62,220 nucleotides of DNA from an uncultured Actinomycetes bacterium (GTDB lineage: Bacteria > Actinomycetota > Acidimicrobiia > IMCC26256 > PALSA-555). The DNA lies in NCBI GenBank assembly GCA_903899845.1, contig CAIUKV010000206.1:1-62220 (forward strand), written 5' to 3'. The position numbers and the translations under genes were made by a program. The notes beneath the pieces were generated by a model. The model saw only the letters and a list, made by a program, of their open reading frames with translations, was not told where the DNA came from and did no database searches. Positions 39,395 through 49,127 of this stretch are shown here, in pieces (position 1 is the stretch's first letter; every line of letters starts with the position of its first letter).

Positions 39395-40696
39395 TTGGCC
39401 TCGTCCCCCGACCCCACCGAATCCCCGTCGCCGCGCCGCGGCGACGCGTCGCGCCAGGCCCGCCGGGCCCGCCGGCGCACCCGTGGGATCGTGATCGGCG
39501 TGGCGGTCGTCGTCGGCGCGCTCCTCGTGCCGATGGGTGTGTCGTTCGTCGCCGCCCAGACCGACTCGGGGAGCACGGAGTCGCCGTTCCAGCGCACGGT
39601 GCAGTGGGTGCGCCACAACGGTGGGAACGGCCTCGTCAACACGGCCGAGCGCTGGTACTACACGACGCTCGGTGCCCCCAAGAAGGGTGGGCGTCCCGGC
39701 GCGGTGCGGGCGATCGGGGTCAAGGAGCAGGCCACGCAGGTCCTGACCCCGGTGACCACCGTCCCCCTGCGGGCGATCAGCACGCCACCGCCGAGTGCCC
39801 CGGTGCCGTCGCCGGCCGCCATGACCGAGCCGGGTGAAGGCGCCTGGGTCGCGTCCGGGCGCCTCGTCGACGGTCAGCCGGCGGTCTACACCACCTGGGT
39901 GCGCCCCGACTCCGTGCGCACCTCGTACTACGTCACCTTGATGTGGATGGACCCGAAGCTGCTCAAGTTCGTCTACGTGCCCGGGACCAAGCAGCCCGGG
40001 GGCGGGCCCAACCCGTGGGGGTCGATGATCCCCGAGGACCAGCGCGGTGGCCTGGTGGCCGCGTTCAACTCGGGCTTCCAGATGATCCACGCGCGCGGCG
40101 GTGCCTACGTCGCGGGCGAGGAGGTCGTGCCGCTGCGCAACGGCGGGGCCACGCTCGTGGTCAAGAGCGACGGCAGCGCCGACGTCGGCGTCTGGGGCCG
40201 GGACTTCCAGATGGGACCCGACATCGTGGCGGCCCGGCAGAACCTCGAGCTGCTCCTCGACAACTACCAGCTCAACCCCGAGCTGCGCGAGAACGACACC
40301 TCGGCGTTCGGTGCCACCGTGGGCAACAACGTCTACGTGTGGCGGTCCGGGATCTGCGTGTTGCCCAGCGGCGGGTTGATCTACGCCGCCGGTCCGGCCC
40401 AGAGCGTGCTGTCCCTGGCCAAGACGCTCCAGAGCGCCGGGTGCGTCCGGGGCATGCAGCTCGACATCAACCACGACTGGACCACGGGGTACCTGTTCTC
40501 CTCGCCCGACCCCAACGTCCCCACCAACGTCGTGGGCGAGAAGCTGCACCCGCAGATGTCGCGTGACGGCACCCGCTACCTCGCGCCGGGCGTGGTCGAC
40601 TTCTTCGCCCTGTTCGCCGACCCGACCTACCCGACGCCGACGACCACGACGACCACGACCGTGCCGCCCCGGACTCCCGCGACGCGGGGGCGGTGA
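39395..40696 (+). CDS. Phosphodiester glycosidase (NAGPA/DUF2233)-family exported protein
   Basis: N-terminal TM helix, AAFNSGF, RQNLELL, WRSGI, MQLDIN and a Thr-rich tail. Start uncertain. Confidence 0.75.
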   Translation: MASSPDPTESPSPRRGDASRQARRARRRTRGIVIGVAVVVGALLVPMGVSFVAAQTDSGSTESPFQRTVQWVRHNGGNGLVNTAERWYYTTLGAPKKGGRPGAVRAIGVKEQATQVLTPVTTVPLRAISTPPPSAPVPSPAAMTEPGEGAWVASGRLVDGQPAVYTTWVRPDSVRTSYYVTLMWMDPKLLKFVYVPGTKQPGGGPNPWGSMIPEDQRGGLVAAFNSGFQMIHARGGAYVAGEEVVPLRNGGATLVVKSDGSADVGVWGRDFQMGPDIVAARQNLELLLDNYQLNPELRENDTSAFGATVGNNVYVWRSGICVLPSGGLIYAAGPAQSVLSLAKTLQSAGCVRGMQLDINHDWTTGYLFSSPDPNVPTNVVGEKLHPQMSRDGTRYLAPGVVDFFALFADPTYPTPTTTTTTTVPPRTPATRGR

Positions 40697-40705
40697 CCCG
40701 TCCGC

Positions 40706-42169
40706 TCAGGCGCGGGCGAACTTGACCCGACGCACGTAGTCCATCGCGATGCGGGTGAAGCCCCGTGCGAGGACGTCGTCGAGGGCGTCGACCATGGTGT
40801 CGACCTGCTCCCGGGTCACGACGAGCGGCGGCTCGAGCCGGACCACGTTGCGGTTGTACTCGGTGAAGGCGACCAGGATCCCGTGCTCCTCGAGCAGCAG
40901 CGCGCCCACGAGCCCGGCGAGGCCGCCCTTGAGCCGCTCGTCGAAGCGCCCGGCCAGGGCCCGGGTCCCCCGGGGGAGCACCCGGTGCAGGTCGGCGAAC
41001 TCGACCCCGACCATCAGGCCCCGGCCCCGCACGTCGGTGACGAGGTCGGGGTACTTGGCCCGCAGCGCCTCCAGGCGGGCGATCAGGTGGGCGCCCTGCG
41101 CGGCGGCGGTGTCGATGAGGCCCTCGTCGTAGAGGACGTGCAGGGCCTCGATCGCGGTGATGCAGGCCTCGCCCATCCCGCCGAAGGTGGCGGGCCCGTG
41201 GATGAGTGCGGTCTTCGGCGACCCGTACGCCTTCAGGAAGACGGGGGCGCGGGCGATGTACGCGCCGATGGCGGTCTTGCCCCCGCCGAGCGACTTGGCC
41301 AGCGTGACCACGTCGGGCACGACGTCCTCGTGCTCGAACGCGAAGAACTTCCCGGTGCGGCCGTAGCCGCACTGCACCTCGTCGGCGACCCAGAGCACGC
41401 CGTAGCGGTCGCAGAGTCGGCGCACCTCACGGAGGTAGCCCTCGGGGGGTACGACGATCCCGGCACCGCCCTGGATCGTCTCGGCGATGAAGACGCCGAT
41501 CGAGGGGTCCGTGCGGAACGCCAGCTCGAGCGCGGCGGCGTCGCCGAACGGCACGCGGTGGACGTGGTCGAGGAGCCGGAAGCCGGCCCGGTAGAACTCG
41601 GAGTCGGTGACCGAGAGGGCGCCGCGGGTCTTGCCGTGGAACGACTGCTCCACGTAGCACACGGTGGACCGCTCGGGGCCGGCCGCCCGCTCGGCCAGCT
41701 TCAGTGCGGCCTCCACCGCCTCCGACCCCGACAGGCACAGGAACACGTAGTCGAGGTCACCGGGGGCGATCCGGGCGAGGTCGTACGACAGCGTCGCCGC
41801 GTACTGCGAGAGGAAGGCGATCGCGAGCTCGTGGCGGTGCTCCGCGGCGAAGCGGCGGCGGGCGGCGAGGATGCGCGGGTGGTTGTGCCCGAAGGCCAGG
41901 GCCCCGAAGGCACCGAAGAAGTCGAGGATCTTCCGTCCGGACCGGTCGGTGTAGTACATGCCCTCGGCCTGGTCGATCACGATCCGGTCGAAGCCGAGGA
42001 GCTTGAGCGTCGCGATCTGCCCCGGGTTCATGTGGGCGGCGGCGAGGCGGTTGACGGCGGCGGAGTCGAGCCCGAGTGCGTCGTCGATGCTCATCAGAGC
42101 GGGCTTGGGCGTGCCGACCGGCGCCGGGGTCGGCTCGGTGCGCTGGGGGGTGGGATCGGAGTCCTGCAC
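40706..42169 (-). CDS. Class III PLP-dependent aminotransferase (ArgD/PatA/HpnO-like)
   Basis: SGSEAVEAA, FHGKT, ETIQGGAG, ADEVQCGYGRTG, LAKSLGGG and RGRGLM. Confidence 0.9.
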   Translation of the reverse strand: MQDSDPTPQRTEPTPAPVGTPKPALMSIDDALGLDSAAVNRLAAAHMNPGQIATLKLLGFDRIVIDQAEGMYYTDRSGRKILDFFGAFGALAFGHNHPRILAARRRFAAEHRHELAIAFLSQYAATLSYDLARIAPGDLDYVFLCLSGSEAVEAALKLAERAAGPERSTVCYVEQSFHGKTRGALSVTDSEFYRAGFRLLDHVHRVPFGDAAALELAFRTDPSIGVFIAETIQGGAGIVVPPEGYLREVRRLCDRYGVLWVADEVQCGYGRTGKFFAFEHEDVVPDVVTLAKSLGGGKTAIGAYIARAPVFLKAYGSPKTALIHGPATFGGMGEACITAIEALHVLYDEGLIDTAAAQGAHLIARLEALRAKYPDLVTDVRGRGLMVGVEFADLHRVLPRGTRALAGRFDERLKGGLAGLVGALLLEEHGILVAFTEYNRNVVRLEPPLVVTREQVDTMVDALDDVLARGFTRIAMDYVRRVKFARA

Positions 42170-42263
42170 GAAGCCCTCGCAGACCGCGGGCGGGGACGCA
42201 CCGGAGGCGTCCGCGGACGCGGCAGCCTACGGCGTGGCCCGGCGCCCGTGTGGACCGTGAGCG

Positions 42264-42773
42264 GTGCCGTGCGGTTTACTGCTCGCCGTGGTTGACGCAG
42301 GCGGGCCCGGGCCCGTGCCGCCCGGATCCGGCGCCGGATCACCCCCGACCTCGTCCCCGGCCACGCCCCCGACCGCGCCTGCGACCTCGCCCCGGGCTCC
42401 CTGGCCCGAGCTCGAGCCGTGGCCCGAGCCCCGGCGCGACCGGCCGGCCCCGGTGCCCCCGCGCCGGTCGGGCGGAGTGGGCGCCTACCTCGGGGGGATC
42501 GCGATCGGCGCCGTCCTCGGCCCGCTGGTCGTCGGCGGGCTCTGGATGGTCTTCCTCTTCTACGCGGACCGGCTGGCCGGCTTCGACACCGGCAACAACC
42601 GCCTCTCGGACATCGTGGTCGGCTCGGTGCTCGCGGCCCCGTTCCTCGGCATGATCGCGGGCGCCCTCGTGGTGCGCGTGCGCCGTCGCCGGGCCTCGGA
42701 CCGGGCCGCGGCCCGGAACCGGTCCCCGGGCCGCGGTTCGCCGCCCGCTCGGGGCGGCCGCCGCCGGGGCTAG
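42264..42773 (+). CDS. Hypothetical membrane protein with Pro-rich N-terminus
   Basis: Two hydrophobic helices. Start uncertain. Confidence 0.5.
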   Translation: MPCGLLLAVVDAGGPGPVPPGSGAGSPPTSSPATPPTAPATSPRAPWPELEPWPEPRRDRPAPVPPRRSGGVGAYLGGIAIGAVLGPLVVGGLWMVFLFYADRLAGFDTGNNRLSDIVVGSVLAAPFLGMIAGALVVRVRRRRASDRAAARNRSPGRGSPPARGGRRRG

Positions 42774-42782
42774 CCTGCGCCG

Positions 42783-44843
42783 ATGCGGCAACGTCGACGG
42801 GATCACGGCCGGGATCACGGCCGGGACCGCGGCCGTGATCGAGCCGACCGGGCCTTCCGGTACTCGGCGTGGGACGGCACCCAGCGGGGCTTCGACCTCG
42901 ACGCCGACGCCCTGCTCGACGAGATGACCGACGACCTGCTGTACCACGGCGACCTGCACGCCGCGATGCGGCGGATGATGCAGGACGGGCTGCGCGACCG
43001 CAACGGCGACGAGCTGATGGGCGTCCGCGACATGCTGCGCCGGCTCCGGGAGCGCCGACGCGAGATGCTCGACCGCTACGACCTCGGCGGGGTGTACGAG
43101 GACATCGCCGAGCGCCTGCGCGAGATCGTCGACGAGGAGCGCGAGGGCATCGAGCGCCGGATCGACGACGCCGCCCGCGGCGGCGACCCGCGCCAGCAGG
43201 AGATCGTGGAGGCCGCCGCCGACCAGCATCGCGATCAGCTCGACCAGCTGCCCCCGGACCTCGCCGGTCGCGTCCAGGAGCTCCAGCAGTACGAGTGGAT
43301 GGACGACGGCGCCCGCCAGCGGTTCGAGGAGCTCATGGGCGAGCTCAAGGAACAGCTGATGCAGAGCTACTTCAACCAGATGTCCGAGGGCATGCAGAAC
43401 CTCTCGCCCGAGCAGATGCAGCGGATGAAGGACATGCTCGCCGAGCTGAACCAGATGCTCGAGCAGCGGGCCCAGGGAGGGGAGCCCGACTTCGACGGGT
43501 TCATGCAGCGCTACGGGGACTTCTTCCCGGGGAACCCCCGCAGCCTCGACGAGCTGCTCGAGCAGATGGCCCGGTCGATGGCCCAGATGCAGCAGCTGAT
43601 GAACTCCATGACCCCCGAGCAGCGGGCCCAGCTCCAGGCCCTCGCCGAGTCGCTGCTCGAGGACATGGACCTGCGCTGGCAGATGGACCAGCTGTCCCAG
43701 AACCTCCAGCAGGCCTTCCCGCAGCTCCCCTGGGACCGGCAGATGAACTTCCGGGGCGACGACCCCCTGTCGATGTCGGGCATGCCGAGCCTGCTCGACC
43801 AGCTCGGCGACATGGACGACCTCGAGCACCTCCTCGGCCAGGCCACCCAGCCCGGGGAGCTCGCCGAGGTCGACCTCGACCGCGCCCGGGAGATGCTCGG
43901 CGACGACGCCGCCCGTTCGCTGGAGCGCCTCGCCGAGCTGGCCCGGATGCTGGAGGAGGCGGGGCTCATCGAGACCCGCGAGGGTCGCCTCGAGCTCACC
44001 CCGCGGGGTCTGCGGGCGATCGGGCAGAAGGCCTTGGGCGACCTCTACCGCAAGCTCGTGAAGGACCGCACCGGCCGTCACGAGGTCACGGCGGCGGGTA
44101 CCGGGCACGACCCCGCCTACGAGACCAAGCCCTACGAGTGGGGCGACCCGTTCCGCCTCGACGTCCAGCAGACGGTGAAGAACGCGATCTGGCGCCAGGG
44201 GTCGGGGACGCCGGTCCGGCTGACCCCGGCCGACTTCGAGATCGAGCGCACCGAGCTCACCACCCGCAGCGCCACCGTCCTGCTGCTCGACGTCTCGATG
44301 TCGATGCCCATGCGGGACAACTTCCTGCCCGCGAAGAAGGTGGCGATGGCGCTCCACGCCCTCATCACCAGCCAGTACCCGCGTGACTACTTCGGACTGG
44401 TGAGCTTCGGCCGGGTGGCTCGGGAGGTGGCGCCCGACAAGCTCCCGGAGATGAGCTGGGACTTCGAGTGGGGCACCAACATGCACCACGCCCTCGCGCT
44501 CGCCCGCCGGATGCTGCACCGCCAGAGCGGCACCAAGCAGGTGATCATGGTCACCGACGGTGAGCCGACCGCCCACATCACCCCCGACGGGCACGCCTAC
44601 TTCGACTACCCGCCCTCGCCGGTCACGATCGAGGAGACGCTGAAGGAGGTGATGCGCTGCACCCGGGAGGGGATCCGCATCAACACCTTCATGCTCGACG
44701 ACGGCTGGAACCTGAAGACGTTCGTCGAGCAGATGTGCCGGATCAACCGGGGGCGCGCCTTCTACACCACCCCCGACACCCTCGGTGACTACGTGCTGGT
44801 GGACTTCCTCGAGGGTCGGCGGGCCAACCGCCGCGCGAGCTGA
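42783..44843 (+). CDS. VWA-domain protein (Rv0959-type), probable AAA+ partner
   Basis: FRYSAWDGTQ N-terminus and MIDAS residues DVSMSM / GTN / TDGEPT. TAGCCT lies 6 nt before the ATG. Confidence 0.88.
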   Translation: MRQRRRDHGRDHGRDRGRDRADRAFRYSAWDGTQRGFDLDADALLDEMTDDLLYHGDLHAAMRRMMQDGLRDRNGDELMGVRDMLRRLRERRREMLDRYDLGGVYEDIAERLREIVDEEREGIERRIDDAARGGDPRQQEIVEAAADQHRDQLDQLPPDLAGRVQELQQYEWMDDGARQRFEELMGELKEQLMQSYFNQMSEGMQNLSPEQMQRMKDMLAELNQMLEQRAQGGEPDFDGFMQRYGDFFPGNPRSLDELLEQMARSMAQMQQLMNSMTPEQRAQLQALAESLLEDMDLRWQMDQLSQNLQQAFPQLPWDRQMNFRGDDPLSMSGMPSLLDQLGDMDDLEHLLGQATQPGELAEVDLDRAREMLGDDAARSLERLAELARMLEEAGLIETREGRLELTPRGLRAIGQKALGDLYRKLVKDRTGRHEVTAAGTGHDPAYETKPYEWGDPFRLDVQQTVKNAIWRQGSGTPVRLTPADFEIERTELTTRSATVLLLDVSMSMPMRDNFLPAKKVAMALHALITSQYPRDYFGLVSFGRVAREVAPDKLPEMSWDFEWGTNMHHALALARRMLHRQSGTKQVIMVTDGEPTAHITPDGHAYFDYPPSPVTIEETLKEVMRCTREGIRINTFMLDDGWNLKTFVEQMCRINRGRAFYTTPDTLGDYVLVDFLEGRRANRRAS

Positions 44844-44853
44844 CCCGAACGGG

Positions 44854-45351
44854 TCAGCGGGCGAGCACCCGGTCGTAGACGGCCCGGGTGGCGGCGTCGA
44901 AGCACACGAACCGGACCTCGTCGAGGGATCCGGCCGTCGCCCGCACGGTGGCCACCGCGACCTCGGCCGCGTCCTCGAGCGGATAGCCGAAGATGCCGGT
45001 CGAGATGGCCGGGAAGGCGACCGAGCGGGCCGCGACCCCGGTCGCGACCTCGATCGCCCGCCGGTAGGCGCGGGCGAGGAGGGCGGGCTCGTCGGCGTGG
45101 CCGCCCTGCCACACCGGGCCGACGGCGTGGACGATGAAGCGGGCGGGGAGCCCGAAGCCCGGGGTGACCCGGGCGTCGCCGGTGGGGCAGGGGGCGAGGG
45201 GAGCGCAGGCGGCGTCGAGGCCGGGTCCGGCCGCGGCGAAGATCGCGCCGCACACCCCTCCGCCCCGCCGGAGCCCCTCGTTGGCCGCGTTGACCACGGC
45301 GTCGACGGCCTGGGCCGTGAGGTCGCCGGTGACCACGGTGAGGCGCGTCAC
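44854..45351 (-). CDS. Macro domain protein (ADP-ribose/O-acetyl-ADP-ribose hydrolase-like)
   Basis: GDLT, VNAAN..L..GGGVCGAI, HAVGP and AFPAISTGIFGYP. Confidence 0.92.
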   Translation of the reverse strand: MTRLTVVTGDLTAQAVDAVVNAANEGLRRGGGVCGAIFAAAGPGLDAACAPLAPCPTGDARVTPGFGLPARFIVHAVGPVWQGGHADEPALLARAYRRAIEVATGVAARSVAFPAISTGIFGYPLEDAAEVAVATVRATAGSLDEVRFVCFDAATRAVYDRVLAR

Positions 45352-45601
45352 GTCGCCAGGCTAGGTCCCGGGCCGGCTCGAGCCCCGAAATCTTGCCGCG
45401 AATAGGAGGAAATGGACACCAAACGGTGGGAAACCGCCCGTCCCACTTGCACTCCGGGCCCTCGACCGATCAGAGTGACACCGTTGTAATTCCACCTGCG
45501 TCATTCCGGGCCTTCGGGGCCGGACCGCCCGGTGGCCGGAGGCGCACGACCGTGCGCCCGAGCGGACGAACCCGAGCGGACGTCAACAGAGGGGGAAGCG
45601 G

Positions 45602-45895
45602 GTGCAGGTCTTCGAGATCGTGAAGTACCTCCGGTCGGAGGGCGGCGACGACCGTCGCTGGCAGGAGCGGGCCAACTGCCTGGGCGTGGACCCCGACCTG
45701 TTCTTCCCCGAGCGGGGGGCGTCGACCCGGGAGGCCAAGGCCGTCTGCCGGGGGTGCGAGGTCCGTGACGAGTGCCTCGAGTACGCCCTCGACCAGGGTG
45801 AGAAGTTCGGCATCTGGGGCGGCCTGTCCGAGCGGGAGCGCCGGCGGGTCCGCCGCCAGCGGGCGATGGAGCGCCGTGGGGTCGCCTCGGCCTGA
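45602..45895 (+). CDS. whiB: WhiB family transcription factor (WhiB2-like)
   Basis: WQERANC...FFPERGAST.EAKAVC..C.V...C...GIWGGLSERERR. Confidence 0.93.
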   Translation: MQVFEIVKYLRSEGGDDRRWQERANCLGVDPDLFFPERGASTREAKAVCRGCEVRDECLEYALDQGEKFGIWGGLSERERRRVRRQRAMERRGVASA

Positions 45896-45904
45896 CCCCT
45901 CGGG

Positions 45905-46756
45905 TCAGCCGTCCCGCCCGGCGAGGCGGGACTCGATCGTGCAGCCGGGGTCGAGGCCCGCCCAGGCCCGGAACCCTGCGCTGCACCGCTCCAGGTCGAC
46001 GCGGCGCAGCAGCCCCACGAGCTCGACCCGCTCCACCCGGCCACCCGCGGCCGCGACGGCGTCGCGCACGGCGGTGCAGGCGGCCTCCACGCCGGTGCGC
46101 TCGAGGTCCACCAGGTTCATCGACACCTGGGCCCGGTCGCGCCCCGGCAGGGCGAGCCCGAGGGCGCGCACCCCGGGGAGGCCGCCGTCACGCGCCCGCA
46201 CGACGGTGGCCACCCGGCGGGCCAGGGCGACGTCGTCCGAGTCGAGCCAGCAGTTCACGGCCGCGAGCGGCGCCCGGGCCCCCACCGCCACCGCCCCGAG
46301 GCGCGGATGGGGCCCCGGGCCCCCGAGGTCCGGCGGCCGCCGGGCGAAGGCGTCGCGACGCACCCCCGGCAGGCTGCACCCGTCGGCGGCCGCCCCGTCG
46401 TAGAGGAACACCGGGACCCCGGTCTCGCGGTGGATCCAGGCGGCGAAGGCGCGCGCGGCGTCGACGGCGACCGGGGTGGGCTCGTCGAGCGCGACGAAGG
46501 GCACGACGTCGAGCGCGCCGAGGCGCGGGTGCACACCGTGGTGCGTCCGCAGGTCGCAGCGCTCGGCCACCGCCCGGGCCAGCGCCTCGGCGGCTCCGAG
46601 CGCGTCCCGGGGACCGGGGCCGGCCAGGGTGAGCACCGTCCGGTGGTGGTCGGCGTCGACGTGGCGGTCGAGCAGGGCGTCGCCGCAGGCGTCGGCGAGG
46701 GCGGCGACGACGACGGGATCGCGGCCCTCCGACACGTTGGGCACGCACTCCAGCAC
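45905..46756 (-). CDS. Stand-alone glutamate formimidoyltransferase (FTCD N-terminal domain)
   Basis: LECVPNVSEGRD, DADHHRTV, HHGVHPRLGALDVVPF and QVSMNL. Confidence 0.88.
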   Translation of the reverse strand: MLECVPNVSEGRDPVVVAALADACGDALLDRHVDADHHRTVLTLAGPGPRDALGAAEALARAVAERCDLRTHHGVHPRLGALDVVPFVALDEPTPVAVDAARAFAAWIHRETGVPVFLYDGAAADGCSLPGVRRDAFARRPPDLGGPGPHPRLGAVAVGARAPLAAVNCWLDSDDVALARRVATVVRARDGGLPGVRALGLALPGRDRAQVSMNLVDLERTGVEAACTAVRDAVAAAGGRVERVELVGLLRRVDLERCSAGFRAWAGLDPGCTIESRLAGRDG

Positions 46757-46792
46757 CGGCCCAGTATGGACCGCGCCCCGTAACCTGCAGCG

Positions 46793-47797
46793 ATGCGCAT
46801 CGGGCTCGCGCTGCCCCAGTACGACTACTCGGTCCCGGGCGAGGACCCACTGCGCTTCGAGACGATCGAGCGGCACGCGCGCGTCGCCGAGGCCGCCGGC
46901 GTCGACTCCCTCTGGCTCAGCGACCACCTGTTCCTCGACCTCGCGAAGTACGGAGGACCCGACCGGCGCTACGGCGCGTACGAGCCGATCGGCACGCTCG
47001 CCGCGCTCGCCCGGGCGGTGCCGCGGGTCCGACTGGGCACGCTCGTGCTGCTGGAGGCGCTGCGGCCCGCGGCCGTCCTCGCCACCGCGCTCGCGACCCT
47101 CGACCGCATCTCCGGCGGTCGGCTCGACGTTGGCCTGGGGGCGGGCTGGTACGCCCCCGACTACGAGGCCGTCGGCCTGGCCATGCCCCGGCCGGGGGAG
47201 CGGGTCGATCGCCTCCGCGAGGCGCTCACGGTGGTCGGCGACCTGCTCGCCGGCGCCACGGTCACGTTCACCGGCCGCGCCCACGCCGCCGCGGGTGCCG
47301 TCCTCGACCCGCCGCCCCTGCAGCGGCCGCGACCCCCGCTCTTCGTCGGGGGCAAGGGCGACCGGGTGCTCCGGGCGGCGGTCGACCTCGCCGACGGCTG
47401 GAACACCTGCTGGGTCTGGACGCCCGCCGCCTACCGGGAGCGGCTCGACGCGCTCCACCGGGCCTGCGACGCCGCGGGGCGCGACCCGGCGACGGTGTGG
47501 CGGTCGCTCGGCCTCTACGCGCTCTGCGGCGAGGACGAGGCCGACCTCGCCCGCCGGTTCGAGCGGCTCCGGGCCGTCTCGCCCCCGGGGGTCCTCGACG
47601 TGGATCTCGTCGAGTGGCGGGAGGGCCGCCTGGTCGGCACGCCCGAGCAGATCCGTGAGCAGCTCGCCGGGTGGGCCGACCTCGGCGTCGAGACCGTGAT
47701 CCTCGGCGTCGGGGCGGTGCCGTTCCAGGTGGGCGCCCTCGACGACGTCGAGTGCCTGCTCGAGGTCTGCGGGCGTGGTCCCGAAGCCCCGGGATAA
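46793..47797 (+). CDS. LLM class flavin (possibly F420)-dependent oxidoreductase
   Basis: DSLWLSDHLF, LGTLV, GRLDVGLGAGW and PLFVGGKG. Confidence 0.88.
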   Translation: MRIGLALPQYDYSVPGEDPLRFETIERHARVAEAAGVDSLWLSDHLFLDLAKYGGPDRRYGAYEPIGTLAALARAVPRVRLGTLVLLEALRPAAVLATALATLDRISGGRLDVGLGAGWYAPDYEAVGLAMPRPGERVDRLREALTVVGDLLAGATVTFTGRAHAAAGAVLDPPPLQRPRPPLFVGGKGDRVLRAAVDLADGWNTCWVWTPAAYRERLDALHRACDAAGRDPATVWRSLGLYALCGEDEADLARRFERLRAVSPPGVLDVDLVEWREGRLVGTPEQIREQLAGWADLGVETVILGVGAVPFQVGALDDVECLLEVCGRGPEAPG

Positions 47798-47828
47798 CCT
47801 GTGGCCACGCCCATCCGAAGGGATCGCC

Positions 47829-47999
47829 ATGAACCTGGGCCCCACCGAGCTCATCATCGTCCTGCTGATCGTGCTGCTGATCTTCGGCGGGACGAAGCTC
47901 CCCAAGCTGGCCCGCTCCATGGGCCAGGCCCAGAAGGAGTTCAAGAAGGGCCTGACCGAGGGCGCCAAGGACGGCGACGAGTCGTCCGAGGCCAAGTAG
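47829..47999 (+). CDS. tatA: Twin-arginine translocase TatA/TatE
   Basis: LGPTELIIVLLIVLLIFGGTKLPKLARSMGQAQKEFK. Confidence 0.93.
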   Translation: MNLGPTELIIVLLIVLLIFGGTKLPKLARSMGQAQKEFKKGLTEGAKDGDESSEAK

Positions 48000-48075
48000 C
48001 CCGGTCCCGCCGCCTGCGTCCGGGGCGGGTGCCCCGGCCCTCCCGGGAACCCGATCGCCCGGTCGGGTCGTTGAC

Positions 48076-48582
48076 GTGGTGACCGACGGTGTCCCCACCT
48101 GGGAGGAGGTCGCCCGTGACCACGGGCGCTTCATGTACTCGGTGGCCTACCGCCTGGCCGGAAACGACGAAGACGCCCAGGACCTCGTCCAGGAGGCGCT
48201 CCTCCGCGTCCACCGCGGGCTCGAGCGCTACCAGCCGGGGTCCCTCGAAGGTTGGTTGGCCCGGATCGTGACGAACGTGTTCCTCGACGAGGTCCGGCGG
48301 CGGCGGCGCCGTCCCGCCGACGCGCTGCCCGACGATCCCGAGCGCGTCCTGCCTGCGTCACCGGCGGCCGACGAGGTGTCGTCGGGGCTCTCCGACGAGA
48401 TCCAGGCGGCCCTCGCCGCCCTTCCCGAGGAGTTCCGGGTGCCGGTGGTGCTCTGCGACGTCGCCGACCAGTCCTACGAGCAGATCGCCGCAGCGCTCGG
48501 CGTCCCGGTCGGGACCGTGCGCTCCCGCCTGCACCGCGGCCGGCGACTGCTGCGCACCATGCTCACCGAGGGGGCCGCATGA
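48076..48582 (+). CDS. sigE: ECF sigma factor (SigE-like)
   Basis: DAQDLVQE, GWLARIVTNVFLD and IA..LGVPVGTVRSRLHRGR. Confidence 0.85.
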   Translation: MVTDGVPTWEEVARDHGRFMYSVAYRLAGNDEDAQDLVQEALLRVHRGLERYQPGSLEGWLARIVTNVFLDEVRRRRRRPADALPDDPERVLPASPAADEVSSGLSDEIQAALAALPEEFRVPVVLCDVADQSYEQIAAALGVPVGTVRSRLHRGRRLLRTMLTEGAA

Positions 48583-49127
48583 GTCGTCCGCCGATCCCGC
48601 CGACCGGGTCCGGGTCCGGGTCCCTGGATCCGGACGACACCGTGCTGTCGGCCTACCTCGACGGCGAGTGCACCGACGCCGAGCGGGTCGCCCTCGACGC
48701 CCGCCTCGCCGACTCGGCCGACCTCCGCGCCGCGCTCGCCGAGGTGGCCGCCGCTCGCGACGCCGTGCGCGGCCTCCCGCTGCGTGACGCCCCCCCGGGG
48801 TTCTTCGAGCGCCTGCTGGCCGAGGGCCTGCCCGAGGCGCCCGCCGCAGGCCCGATGGAGACCCCGGCGCCGGTCCCCGGCCCGGCCCCGGCCCCGAGCC
48901 CGGTCGATCTCGCGGCCCGCCGCGCCCGCCGCACGCGACGCTGGACCGCCGTGGGCGGCGCGGCCGCCGCCGCCATGATCGCGGTGGTCGTCGTGGTGCC
49001 GCGGCCGGCGTCGGTCACCCCGCCGGTCGCGACGTTCACCGACGCCCACGCGGTGCGCTCGTCGCTGCAGGACGACGTGGTCAGCTCGCTCGTGCCCCTC
49101 GGCGTCCGGGCCGGGTTCCGTCCGTGA
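48579..49127 (+). CDS. Anti-sigma factor (RseA-like, single TM)
   Basis: LSAYLDGE anti-sigma domain and a TM helix. ATGA overlap with the sigma gene. No HxxxCxxC motif. Confidence 0.8.
   Translation: MSRPPIPPTGSGSGSLDPDDTVLSAYLDGECTDAERVALDARLADSADLRAALAEVAAARDAVRGLPLRDAPPGFFERLLAEGLPEAPAAGPMETPAPVPGPAPAPSPVDLAARRARRTRRWTAVGGAAAAAMIAVVVVVPRPASVTPPVATFTDAHAVRSSLQDDVVSSLVPLGVRAGFRP

Noticed and set aside
45412-45489. 25-aa uORF upstream of whiB preceded by AGGAGG
   Set aside because: The SD-ATG spacing is only 2 nt and codon usage is atypical (AAA, AGA, CGA). More likely promoter DNA. Ribo-seq would settle it.
45474-45489. CRP or BldD site upstream of whiB (AGTGAcaccgtTGTAA)
   Set aside because: Only one half-site matches, which is insufficient.
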